A DNA stretch of 64,000 nt from Azolla caroliniana (Eukaryota; Plantae; Polypodiophyta), in the NCBI GenBank assembly GCA_043228905.1, contig JBHGNT010000007.1, forward strand, positions 7,626,001-7,690,000, given 5' to 3'. The first letter of the stretch is position 1. Every line of letters begins with the position of its first letter. Below are positions 36,847 to 49,728 of the stretch, piece after piece. The notes below the pieces were generated by a model. It saw only the letters and a program-made list of their open reading frames with translations, was not told the origin of the DNA and searched no databases. A program made the translations under genes and the position numbers.

Positions 36847-39800
36847 TGATAAGTGTGAAGTCAATTTTTGCTATAAGAAAAGACCATGGAAAATACATCG
36901 AATGCTAAGGTTTATAAGAATAAAGCACAATGTGAAAGGTTCAAGAGTTAAAAGAAGAATGAAATTGAAGGGATATGAAGTTAGAAGCGTTTTCCAAAAG
37001 TAGAAAAAGCAAGAGAAAAGAAAAAAAGGGGGGTAAAAGCATAATAAGGCAAAGAAAGCAAGGCAAAGAAAAAAGCTCACAATTTCTTCATCTCTTATCC
37101 AAATTTCAAACGAAAATATTCCTAAGAAAGCTAACAAAGAGAGCTTTTTTGTGTGATAAATTTGGATGGCAAACCAGAAATAATGATATGAAAAAAGCAC
37201 CACACAAACTCGAGGATATGTAAAAGAAAAGAAAAGAAAAAAGCAAGAATAACGCAACTAAAAACCTATAAATATGAGGGTAATTGTAGCTATTGGGGGA
37301 AAAGGAGAGATAGAAGATCTACAAGAAGAAGTGAGGAAGAAGAACAAGATTAGAAGAAGTGAGAAGACGATTAGTAGAAGAAAGAGAGAAGACGGAAAGA
37401 CTATTTTAGTAATAGTATATTGAAGTAGTTATTTGGGGTTGTTACTCTTGGAGTATAAGAAGATTGTATTCTTTTCTTAATAATATATTCAAGTATTCTT
37501 TTCTCTTCCTCTTCTCTTCTCTATCATTTTTCTCTCTCTCCTCATCATTTTGGGGCTCCAGGGAGGGCAAATTCTTTCTGTATCGAAGGGAAGGAAAATT
37601 CTGTCCATATTGTCAGAAGGTCTTATTTTTAGCCGATATGGCTTTTCAATTTTCTTTTGCAAGAGATGGATGGGGTCCAAGATGGGGGAGCATTCTTGGC
37701 CGCCTTCGAACATCACGCGGTATCAATAGGGAAGATGACAGATTTGGAGATGCTTCCTCTATTGGTGGCAACTTTTTATGGACAAGTAAGGGATTGGTAT
37801 GAGTCCTTGCCAACTAACCAACAAGTTAATTACCAACTGTTGGTGCAACAATTTAAAGCAAAGTATATTAGACGTCGTAATGCAATGGAAGTGCGGGAGG
37901 AGCCCTTTCGTTTGCGGATGTCCTCAACAATGGAGTATAACGATTACGAGAGAGAGTTTATTGACCTTTGGACTACATGGATTCGGTTACGTGGGGGTAC
38001 GGAGGATGAATGGTTTAAGATGGACCGCTTTAAAGCAGGATTAAGTTGCACTTTGTGTTGGAAGCAAATCTAAAGAATCCTACGACTTTCCAAGTGCTCG
38101 TGCAAACTTGTCAAGCTTACAATAGACAAATCATGGTTCTACAAGCAAGAGCCGATTCGACGGTGGCGGAAATAGGAGGTAATCTAATTGCATCCCCTAT
38201 TCTTAATCAATCATCAATATTGCATGGTGGGCAAGTTTTTCCTAATGTTTTTATGACATCTCCAACAACATATCAAACTAATACCTCTGTATTGCAAGAA
38301 ACTATTCCACCTAAATTAGAGGGGGATTTCTCCGAGCAATTAAGTCAACGTTTGGATGAAGTTACTCGACAAATCCAACAAGTGCAAGCGAATTTTAATG
38401 TAAGTCAAACTCGAGATGCTCCAAGGGAAAGAAGAGTGGTTGTGTGCTACACGTGTGGTGTCGAGGGGAACATATCAACACGATACCCTCCATGACGACA
38501 AGGTGGTTGGGGTCGAGGCATGCACCAACTACAAGGCAATCAAAACAATAATATTAACCAGCTCAACATGCAAGTGGCGGGAGGGGAAAACATCACAACT
38601 CAAATTCCAACAATTCCCCCTAATGTAAATCTTCTTGACTTTATGTATTACAGATGAAGAATGTGATGTTGCACCCATAAAGAGAACTAGGGAATCACAA
38701 AAAAATATAGCAGTGGAAGGAGAAACTAGTAACTCTCAACAAAAGAAGAAGACTAAGGAGACCAACTTGGAGGATGAACCTAGAAAGAAACATTCGCAAA
38801 GAAAGATTAAAATTGATGATATGCCGATGGGGAAAGGTGTGGAACCGTTCGATCTCAAGCAAGAGCTAATCTCTAGTGGACCGCGCATCACTTGGCCACA
38901 ACTTCTCCAACTTTCCCCATCACTACGCAAGGAGTGAGGATGCCTATCGAGCATACGAAAGAGCGTAAGGACATTACATTATGTGGGAGTTGTGCAAGTA
39001 AAAGATCGAAAGGATATTCAACCAACTATCCCGGTAACCATCAAAGGTTTTTTAAGTAAGGATGCCTTCGTAGATAGTGGTGCTAGAATAAGCCTTATAT
39101 CTGAGGTTTTAGTAACTAAGATTGGAATTCCCATTTGTAAGAAATCCTCGGCAAAAGTAGTTGTAGTTGATGGGGGTTTGGTTCCTTGTTTGGGAATTAT
39201 AGAGGATGTGGTGATTGAATGTTTTGGTATATCTATTTCGATGGATTTTCATGTCATACCTCTTAAAGGCCCATCTTATTCCTTAGTATTAGGAATACCT
39301 TGGATGCAAGAGTTAAATGTAATCTAGGATTGGAGTAATGGCATCATGAACTTATCACCATCGGAGGGGTTCAACACCTTTTACAACATGCATCTACAAC
39401 GAGTATTTAAAGGTAAAAAGGAGAAAGAATCTTCTTCTTACAATAGCGAGCGAGAAAGGGAAAGTTTATCAAGTGATGAATACTCGTCGGATTGGGAGGA
39501 AAATACATCCTATGTGGTGTCTAAGGACGAAGGAGAAGGCATTGAAGAAGAAAGCATTATCACCTTCGAGGAGAAAGAGAAGATGATTTCCAAAGACATC
39601 CAAGGAGAAGAACGTCAAAGGTTTATTTCTCTTATTTCTGAGTTTCCAAAATTATTCATAAATGACTATTCGCAAATAAGAGGAGTAGACGTCATCAAGC
39701 ATCACATCAATTTAAAGGAAGGAAGTGTACCGGTTGCTCAAAAGCTTCGCCGATAAGGTATGGTACAAAAGGAAGCTCTTTTAAAGGAAGTCAAAGCATT

Positions 39801-42640
39801 GTTGAGAGCGGGTTTCATTTACCCCATGGAGGATTTTGAGTGAGTGTCACCAGTTGTTGTGGTTCCGAAAAAGAATGGCAAGTGGTGGGTATGTGTCGAC
39901 TTCAAACCCTTGAATGCTTCCACCAAACGAGATCATTTTCCACTTCCTTTCCAAGATGAGTTTTTGGATGAGATTGTTGGGCACGATCTATACACCATTT
40001 GTGATGGTTACTCTGGTTATTTTCAAATAAGAATCGCCGAAGAAGACCAAAGAAAAACAACATTTATTATTCCTTGGGGTTGTTTTGCATATAGGTGTAT
40101 GCTCTTTGGATTAACTAATGTTTTCTTTACTTTTAATCGTTTGGCTATTCATGTATTTCAACCTTTTTTTGGAAAGTTTGTAAGGGTGTTTATCAATGAT
40201 TTTGCTATATATAGCAAAAAAGATTGATCATCTAGAGAAGGTGCAAGTAGCTTTCAAACGACTCGATGAGTGCAAAGGACAACTCAACCCTGACAAGTGT
40301 CGCATTGGTGAAAAACAGGTGGTGATGCTTGGACATGTGGTATCTCTTCAAGGAATCAAGGTGGATCCATCAAAGATTAAGGCGCTAGAAGATCTACCTT
40401 ACCCGAACGATATTAAGTCATTGGAAACATTTGTACAAAAGTTGTGTTATATTGAAAGGTTCATCCATATGCTAGCCCAAGTACTTTATCCGTTTAGAGT
40501 CATCCTACGCACCAATGTCTTTGTGTGGAATCCTTTTCTAGAAGAAAATTTTAATACAATAAGAGATCTATTATAGAAAGCTCCTATCCTTAAGCCTCCA
40601 AATAGTAGTTCCACTTTCTTCCTCTCTCTAGTGTTAGTTCCCATGTTGTTGGTGTTATTCTTAAGCAACAAGATCCTCATAATAAACTTATGCATCCTAT
40701 TTACTTTATTAGTAGAGTCATAAGTGATGTGGAAAAGCCTTTCATGGATATAGAGAAGTGGATGTTAACCCTAATTTATGCATGCAAAAAGTTTAAGAGT
40801 TTTCTAATTTCCCAACACTTTATAATCATCACTAGTATGCCCTTACTACCATATATTCTCCAACATGTTAGTGTGTCAGCTAGGATTATGAAATGGGCTC
40901 TACAATTAGTTGAATATGATTTTGAGGTTAAGCTTGATTCTACCATGCGTGCGGAGTTGGCAGATCTTCTCACTTTTAGAGAAACCTTCATGAGGAGGAA
41001 TTGATAAAGATAAGAGAATCTCTTCTTAAACCAGATATGAGGATGCTTTTACATTATTCTTTGATGGAGCGTTTCGTAAGGCGACACATTCAGCGGTTGG
41101 AGACCTCATTATTAGAGACCCTAATGGAGAGACCATGCACACGGAGGGTATTATTTTATCCAATGCCAATACCAACAATGATGCTGAGTATGCCACTTTG
41201 TGCTATGGCCTTCGAATTTGAAAGGCAAGAGATATTAGAAGGTGATTCCCTTTTGGTTATCAAACAAATTCAAGGAGTGTGGAAATGTCAAAGTGATGGT
41301 TTACGTACATTTTTTAAGGAGGCACTAACTTTAATTAAGTGTTTTCATAAAGTTCAACTAAAACATGTAAGTCGTTTGGACAAAAAAGAGGCTGATGCAC
41401 TTGCTCAAGGTCAACTAAAGAAATTGAAACTTGAGACAATATGCGTTCTGGAAGAGTGTAAAGATGCGACATCTCTTATGGAGGTATGTGAGTTTCTTGA
41501 TGGTGGTAATTTTTCTAAAGGTTTAAATTCTACACAAAGAAAACGATTGGTAGTGAGAGCATCCCAATATATGATGGTGGATAAGGACTTATACCATAAA
41601 GGCAAAGATGGTGTTTTATGACGAGTGCCTATTAAGGAGGAAATTGTGGAGATCTTACAAAAGATGCATGAGGAGGCTTGTGGAGGGCATTTTTCTCATG
41701 ATATCATGTTGAGAAAAATTTTATTAACAGGTTTTACATGGGCTTCTATTCTCAAAGATATTCATGAATGGTGCAAGTCGTGTGATGCTTGTCAAAAGGC
41801 AGGAAGAAGACATATTCAAGCAGGCCCTTTGCATCCTATTGTGGTTTTTGCTCCCTTTGAAAAATGGGGAATTGATGCAGTGGGTCCCCTTCCAAGAACC
41901 CAAAGCAGTAAAGAATTCATATTGGTAGCTACTGATTACATGACTATGTGGGTAGAAGCAATAGCAACATCCTTGATTAAAGCAAGGGATGTGGCCCAAT
42001 TCATCTACCGTAATATTTGTACAAGATTCAGTGTACCGCTAGAGATTGTATCTTATCACGGTCCAAGTTTTCGTGGTGAAGTGTTGGCTTGCTTATTAGA
42101 AAGGTTAAAGATTAAACATAGGTATTCTACTCCTTATTATCCTCAAGCTAATGGAGTAGTCGAAAAGGTAAATGGTATTTTGGTTAAAAATCTTCAAAAA
42201 CTTGTAACAAATAGAATAAGAACATGGGATGAGTTCCTTGATGATGCTCTATGGGCCTATCGTATATCATATAAGTCATCCACAGGTTTTACACCTTTTT
42301 TCTTAGTGTATAGACAAGAAGCTTTATTTCTGATCGAACTTCAAGTTAGAAGCAATAGACTCTTAAGAGCATCTCTACATGGTGAAGAATGTTTCATGAT
42401 GGATAGGTTGTCACAAAACCATATTCTACAATATTCAAGGGAGGAAGCAGTAGATCATTATATACAACATGCTTGGAGGAGGAGGAAGTATTACGATAAA
42501 AGGTCAAGAAAATATACTTTTTCAAAAGGATCTTTTGTCCTTCGCTACAACAATCGTTTTGACAATATAAAAGGACAAAAGATGATAAATCGTTGGGAAA
42601 GACATACAACATTGTTGATACATATTATTATAGTAAATGT
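36847..42640 (+). mobile_element. Tat-like Gypsy element with an additional (archaeal-type) RNase H, 3'-truncated and degenerate
   Basis: Probable 5' LTR 36847-37547 (TGATAAG...CTCATCA). Gag with CYTCGVEG knuckle, protease AFVDSGA, RT VCVDFKPLN/DGYSGY and RNase H. A second RNase H (LFFDGAF...NTNNDAEY...EGDSLLVIKQIQG...EADALA, ~41040-41410) precedes integrase (HEEACGGH, WGIDAVGP, YYPQANG). Confidence 0.88.
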
Positions 42641-42849
42641 TTAGACTTTAGGTTTAAGTGCACTTCGCGGTCCTCGTAATAGGACTTAAGAGCCGAAACC
42701 ACATATGTGGGCACAAAAACATAGTTTATTGTTAACATTTTTTTCGTGTATAAACTATTCATGACGCGAACATACATGGTTGCACCTCAGGGAGCCGCCA
42801 TGAAATCGATATAGAGATTAGGGAAAGGCATTCATTTGTCACCCCCATG

Positions 42850-45800
42850 GTTTTTAAAACACCTTTGTGTTACCATAGCAACTTGATCTTGAATTTCATC
42901 TCCTACGTCTAGAGGGGTATTGACATGAGATCATGATCTCGATTAATGTTGGCCCATGATATGTTTACATCACGACTTGATGTTATGACTATTTTTCTAA
43001 CCTTATCCTATTTCTTTGCCAGAAATAATCATTCCTTGGTTATCCCTGGTTTTTTAATAAAAACTCTTCTTTATCTATTGATTGGGTTCATCATTCAATT
43101 ACTTTTGTATTGAACGATTGTACTCATTTTATTCAATGTGTTAAAAAACAATCTCTTTCAATTATTTCCTCGCCATCAATATCCAAGTTATCTTGTTCTA
43201 GTTTATTTTATTGTATACTTGATCCGGACATTCACATTTACAATATCAATAATGTCTCGGATCAATTATCATATTTTGAACAAGTCGATGAAATCTTAAA
43301 TGATTTTCGTGATGTTTTTCCGAGTAAACTACCACATGGGTTACCTCCTAAACGTAATATAGACCATTGTATAGATATTGTACATAGCATTGCACCAATA
43401 AGTATACCTCCTTATCACTTAAGTCGATCCGAAGAGGATGAGGTATCTAAGCAACTCAAGGACTATTTACAAATGGGTTATATACGTTATAGTAAATCTC
43501 CATGGGGTGCACTTGTTCTCTTGGTAAAAAAGAAAGAGGGCACATGGCGTATGTGTATTAATTACCGACGCTTGAATAAAGTGACGCTTGAATCCATTGC
43601 CCTGGGCTGACGATCTAATTGACCGTCTCCAGGGAGCTCGGTATTTTACGAAACTTTATCTCCGTACGGGCTACCATCAAATTCGTATTAGTGAGGACGA
43701 TGTTCCTAAAACGGCATTTCGTACGTGTTATGACCATTATAAGTTTTTGGTTATGCCTTTTGGTTTGACCAATGCTCCAGCCACATTTCAACAAGAAATG
43801 AATGACATTTTCCGAGAACAACTTGGAAAATTTGTCATTATTTTCTTGGATGATATTCTAGTTTATAGTCGTATAGTAGAAGAACATGCTAAACATGTCC
43901 GCTTTATTTTACAAACATTGCGCAACAAGCAATTCTACACGAAGATCTCAAAATGCGAGTTCTTCAAGAAATCAATTACTTATCTTTGACATCTCATAAC
44001 TGAACAAGGAGTTGAAATTGATCCTTCTCGCATCGAGAAAATCAAACTTTGGCCCACTCATCAGAATATTTGAGAAGTTCGATCATTCCTTGGTTTTGTC
44101 GGGTTTTTGCGAAAATCCCTTTGTAATTACTCCCAATTAACGACCCTGTTTACTGATCTTCTAAAAGGTCAAACGCGTAAGTCTACAAAACCTATTGCGT
44201 GGAATGCTACACTAGACCTCACCTTTAAGGAACTCAAGTACCTGGTGTGCAAGGCTCCTTCACTTCTTTTACCTGATCCTTCAAAACCTTTTGAAGTTGA
44301 AACCAATGCAAGCAATTATGCTATAGGTGCAGTCTTATATCAAGATGGTAAACCAATAGCATTCGAGAGTAAGAAACTTGATTCTGCTCAATGTCGATAT
44401 ATGGTTCAAGAAAAGGAATTAATTGAAGTTATATATGCGCTCAAAACATGGCGCCATTATCTTTATGGAAATCGTTTTGTGGTAACTATGGACCACGAGT
44501 CCTTGAAATATTTCTATGACCAACAAGACCTAAAAGGCTGTAATGCACGATGGGTTGATCTCATCCAGGACTTTGATTTTTCCATACGATATCGTAAAGG
44601 TTCTATGAACATTGTCGCTGATGCACTAAGTCGCATCCGTGAAGTTAACATGTTTGGCTTCACTAAAATAACATCATATCTTTATGATCACCTTCGAGGA
44701 AATTATCCTGATGAAAGTTATTTTGCGAAATACTGGGCAAGAGTTGAGTTTGGAAAAGACACCACCACATCCTCAAAGGAATCCTTCCACATTGCTAACG
44801 GTCTGCTCTACCGTAATGGGAAGGTTTGTATTCCAAATTTGCCTGTGGTCAAAAAGAGAATTCTTTTTCAATGCCATGATGCACCCTCAGCAGGGCACCC
44901 TGGAATACATCATACACTTGTTCTCATCTCCACTCAATTCTATTGGCCTAAGATGCGTCCTAACATACATAGCTATGTGACTAAATGTCACCAATGTCAG
45001 GTTAACAAAGTCGAGTAACTTAAAGCCGCAGGACTTTTACATGCCTTGGACATTCCCAATAATAAGTGGGAAAGTATATCCATGGATTTTATTGTTAGCC
45101 TTCCTCGCACCCAAAAAGGCCATGATGCCGTCTGAGTTGTGGTTGATAGACTAACTAAAATGGCCAGATTTATTGCTACTAACACCACGGGAACAGCTCC
45201 TGAATTGGCTTACCAATTTGTTGACGAGTTATTTCGTTTTTATGGGTTACCGATGGATATCGTGAGTGATCGAGATCCAAAGTTTACAAGTGACTTCTGG
45301 ACACAAGTCTTTAAGAAGTTAGAAACTACGTTGAGCATGAGCTCCACGGATCATCCTCAATCCGATGGACAGGCAGAACGAGTAAATCAAATTATTGAGG
45401 ACATGCTTCAAGCATGCATTGGTGCAAAACCAACAATATGGGAACGTTATCTCCCAATTTTGGAGTTTGCTTATAACAACTCCAACCATACGTCAACGGG
45501 ATATAGTCCTTTTATGTTGATGTATGGTTTTCAGCCACGAGCCCCAATTGATGTTAATATACATCATGATGAGTTGCGAATTACACAAAACTTTCTTCGG
45601 GATATGCAAGATATGTTGCATATTGCATGAGATAATATAAAAACAGCTCAGATAGAGCGCATTTTTACGTCGATCATAATAGGCAACCTCGTGTATTCAA
45701 CCCTGGACAGAAGGTATTTTTACGTGTACCTCACAATTCTAAGACATTGTCTATGGGTAAGTGCGTTAAGTTAGCCCCACGGTTTTGTGAACCTTTTCAA

Positions 45801-46612
45801 GTCTTCAAACACATTGGTTCATTAGCCTATCATCTCGCTCTTCCCGATGGTGTTGAAATTCATCCAGCATCCAGTTTTTCATGTAAGTCGTCTAAAAGAA
45901 CTTTTAGGTTCTGGTGACAATACAGTTACAACTGAAACTCTGGTTACTTCCAAAAAATTATCTTCTAAACCACGTATACCAAAAAGAAATCTTGATCTTA
46001 AAACAAAAAATCTGCGTACTAAAATAATCCGAGAATTTAAAATTAAATGGATGGATAAATCTATCAAAGATGCCACATGGGAATGTGAAAATACTCTTAG
46101 AAATAACTTCCCTAACTTTCCATTGCAAGAGTGCAATGTTTTAAAGAGGGGGAGTATGTTACGGGCATGACCATATAATATCCCGTGGTGAGAATTTACC
46201 GTAGTATTCTATACACGTGGATAAAGTGTGAGGGTTAAACGAGAATGTAAAGAAGGGGAGGATTACTTTTAATCCTCGGTATTAAGACAACCCATTAGGC
46301 CAACTGTGAACTTGCCTGGGGGCCTTAGGTCTGGTTATCAATATGAGGTCTAGCTACCCTCATTTCATCATCTTTTGACTACGTCAAAACTCTGACGTTG
46401 TGGTGGGTGAACTCTTGTAGCAAGCGCGCCAGCACTAGGTACGACTCGATGCCACGACGGTGGTATGGGACGCCGATCGAGGCTCGAGTCCATCTCGATT
46501 CATTCGCTCGAGGGTGGTCGGGTGGATCGGCACCCTTCTTTCTCTCTCTCCTTTCTTATTTTATATCTATTATATCCTTATCTCATGCTTACATAAGATC
46601 TAAGCTCTAACA
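42850..46612 (+). mobile_element. Chromovirus-type Gypsy, 5'-truncated: RT-RH-INT-chromodomain, PPT and 3' LTR
   Basis: [26 protein letters not shown], RNase H EVETNAS, integrase ISMDFI/VSDRDPKF/HPQSDGQ, HPVFHVS and chromodomain FKIKW...DATWE. PPT AAAGAGGGGGAG at 46143-46154; LTR 46157-46612 (TGTTA...TAACA). Confidence 0.9.
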
Positions 46613-47572
46613 GTTCAACTCCTGTGGGAGTTGAAGCTTGGGTGTAGTCATGTTGGTTGCAAAGAGCTTCTTGAGGTTACCCCAGGCTTCTTTCGGCATT
46701 CTGTTTCGGCAACTTGGTCCGGCAGGATTGCTCCCTCTTCTATCGAACTCCCCTGGTGTGTTCCTAGCCTCTTGCCAATGGTGGGAGTTGTGTTCTCATG
46801 TCGACTGACCATGTCGGCCTCTGTTTCTTCGGCTGAATCCTCTTCCCTCGCTCGATTGGGAGTAAAGCATCTGACCGTCTGGCACATTACTCTTTGATTG
46901 GACGTGATTTTCTTCAACCAACATTATTGACTTAAGGTCAAAAAAGGAGGGAGGATTCTCCCTTGCAAGGATGGCCTATCTGATTGTGCTTAATTGTGGT
47001 GCTAACCACCGAGGCATATCTAAACCATTTCATCGTCGATGCTGACGTTGATTGATCCAAGGGCATCGCACAGCTCCTAGATCTTCAAGGTGTAGTTGGT
47101 GACCAACATATCCCTTGCTGAATATTGTTCAACTCTTGTGGGAGTCGAAGTTTTTGTGTAGTCGTGTTGGCTGCAAAGAGCTTCTTGAGGTTACCCCATC
47201 CTTCTTTCAACATTTTTGCCTCTTGAATGTAGCCAAGCATGTGATCATGAACCCATGATGCTAGGTAGTACAACACGCGACTCGCCACCTGTTCCCAAAC
47301 TAGGTAGTCGGCATGTGCCAGGTTGGGTTGATTTTCTTGAGCTCCTTCGACCTAGCTCCAATAGCCTTGACCAACAAGGTATTGGTGCATATTGTATTCC
47401 CAAAATGCAAAGTTCGATCTATTGAGTTTCTCGATGGGAAGAGCACTTCCCATTTGAGTGTTCATTGCATGTCCTTTTTGTTTGTTCTCTATCATTGGGC
47501 CTATTGTGTTTGATCGTCGACTATAGACACAACATAGTTGAGCAAATCAGACTACCACACGCTCTAATACCA
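46613..47572 (-). mobile_element. Copia gag fragment with PBS
   Basis: LPIEKLNRSNFAFWEYNMHQYL...RVLYYLASWVHDHMLGYI. PBS TGGTATTAGAGC at 47561-47572. A diverged ~90-bp duplicate of 47127-47215 lies at 46613-46700. Confidence 0.85.
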
Positions 47573-47710
47573 TGTAAATAAACAGAGAGTGTAGGTGATC
47601 TTGTGCAACAAAAGGAACTCTGTGTGTGTGTGTGTGTGTGCGCGCGCGCGTGTTTAAGACAAAGACAAAGACAAAGACATAGACAAAGACATAGACAAAG
47701 ACATAGACAA

Positions 47711-47757
<47 letters not shown>

Positions 47758-49728
47758 AAGAGGCTATATTAGCAAAAGATAGAAATACATCCTATAAAGA
47801 ATGGGATATGATTCTGTGCAACGAAAGGTGTGTGTATGTGTTGTGTAGTCGAGAGAGGGAGAGAGAGAAAACATTGTGTTATACAAAAAACAGAAAACTA
47901 TATTAAGAAGAACAAGAATGAACCAACCGTTACAAAGAGGAGGAGGTGCTTATGTAGTCACCTTCTCTCTATGTTCTCTCACTACAACTATCTCTTACAA
48001 AAGAGGTGGAGACTTAACTACCTACTAAATATGTGTCATAAGACTTTTTCCATAAAAATTATGCTCCATTGGTATTAAAATTAAAAAGGCCATAGGCACT
48101 ATACAAATAGAATATAATCTTGTCCATCTCTACAAGTATATACTACCATCAATCTCCCCATAACCATACTCAACATATAACCAAATTCCCTCAGTCCAAG
48201 AGAATACATTTCTTGTTGGTAGTCATGCTCAACATACCCTGGTTGTCCACCTTGTTTGTTGGTAGTCCTGCTCAACATATATACCATGGTTGTCCACAAG
48301 ATATTGCTTTTGACAAATTTTTGTACATCAAGGCCTTCTTCAGCTGTTGAAGTTGAAGACACCAAAACAATCCATGATGCACATGTCGGTTGAGGTAAAA
48401 CATGATTGGTCACCTTGGACAGCCCCCATCTATCCTCTCCCATGTCGAAACGACCATGTCCTTCATCTCCACGATCATTGAAAATAGAGTTGTATTGAAT
48501 CTCCATACCATCAACACTCTGGTTTATCACAACCTTCACGTCCTCACAACAGCTATGCACCGGTTACACCACAATCATCTACCCACTCATGATAGTCGGG
48601 TTTGACCCCCCCACCATCTTCACTCATCCTTATCCCAGAAAAAATTCTTCATTTAGTCCACATCAGTCATCTCTCTTATTAACATCTTGCCAATGCCAAT
48701 GTCCATGAAAATCCTGTGTTAACAAGAAAAAATTAGTCCAAACGTTTCCTCACCCACTCCTGATAGTCGGCTTCGACCCCCCTACCATCTTCACTCATCC
48801 TTATCACAGAAAACGTTTCTTCATTTAGTCCACATCAGCCATCTTGCCGATTAGCATCTTGCCAATGTCCACACAAATCCTGTATTAACAACAAAAAATT
48901 AGTGTAAAAGTTTCCTCACCCACTCATGATAGTCGGCTTCGACCTCCCCACCATCTTCACTCATCCTTATCACAGAAAAAATTTCTTTGTTCAGTCCACA
49001 TCAGCCATCTCGCCGATTAGCATCTTGCCAATGTCCACAAAAGTCTTGTATTAACAACAAAAAATTAGTCTAAAAGTTTCCTCACCCACTCATGATAGTC
49101 GGCTACGACCCTCCCCACCATCTTCCCTCATCCTTATCACAAAAAATAAAATAAAATAAATTCTTCATTTAGTCCACATCGGCCATCATTGATGATTAGC
49201 ATCTTGCCAATGTCCACAAAAATCCTGTATTAAAAACAAAAATTAGTCTAAAAGTTTCCTCACCCATAGCAATGGGCGCGGTTCGGTTTCTTGACCTTGA
49301 AACCAAACCAAACCATTTAAAAATTTTGAAGCCCTTTAAACCGAACCATTTAGAGCTGAACCATTTAAACCAAACCATTTAAAATGTAGGTGAAACCAAA
49401 CCGTTTACAAAAAATTTAGAACCAAACCGAAACCGGTTTGTCAAAAATCAAAACCAAACTAGTTTTTCGTACAAAAAACCAAACCAAACCAAATTGTTTT
49501 GCCATAATCCAATGAAAACGGATCTACAAATTGAACCAAACCAAATACTCTAGAATAACAAATATCATAAAATAAACAGAAATTCACACCACATTTTCTG
49601 AGAATTACTAATTTTTAGAAAATGATAAGATATGACATAAAAAGATAAATGTTTTTTGGAATGATACTAAAATCCATATAGTAGAGTTCAAACTTTAAAT
49701 CCAAATATGTAACTAAAAAATAACAATC

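Noticed and set aside
47620-47757. Compound microsatellite and hydrophobic ORF 47547-47759
   Set aside because: Simple TG/CG/AGACAA/GA repeats inside an LTR; not coding.
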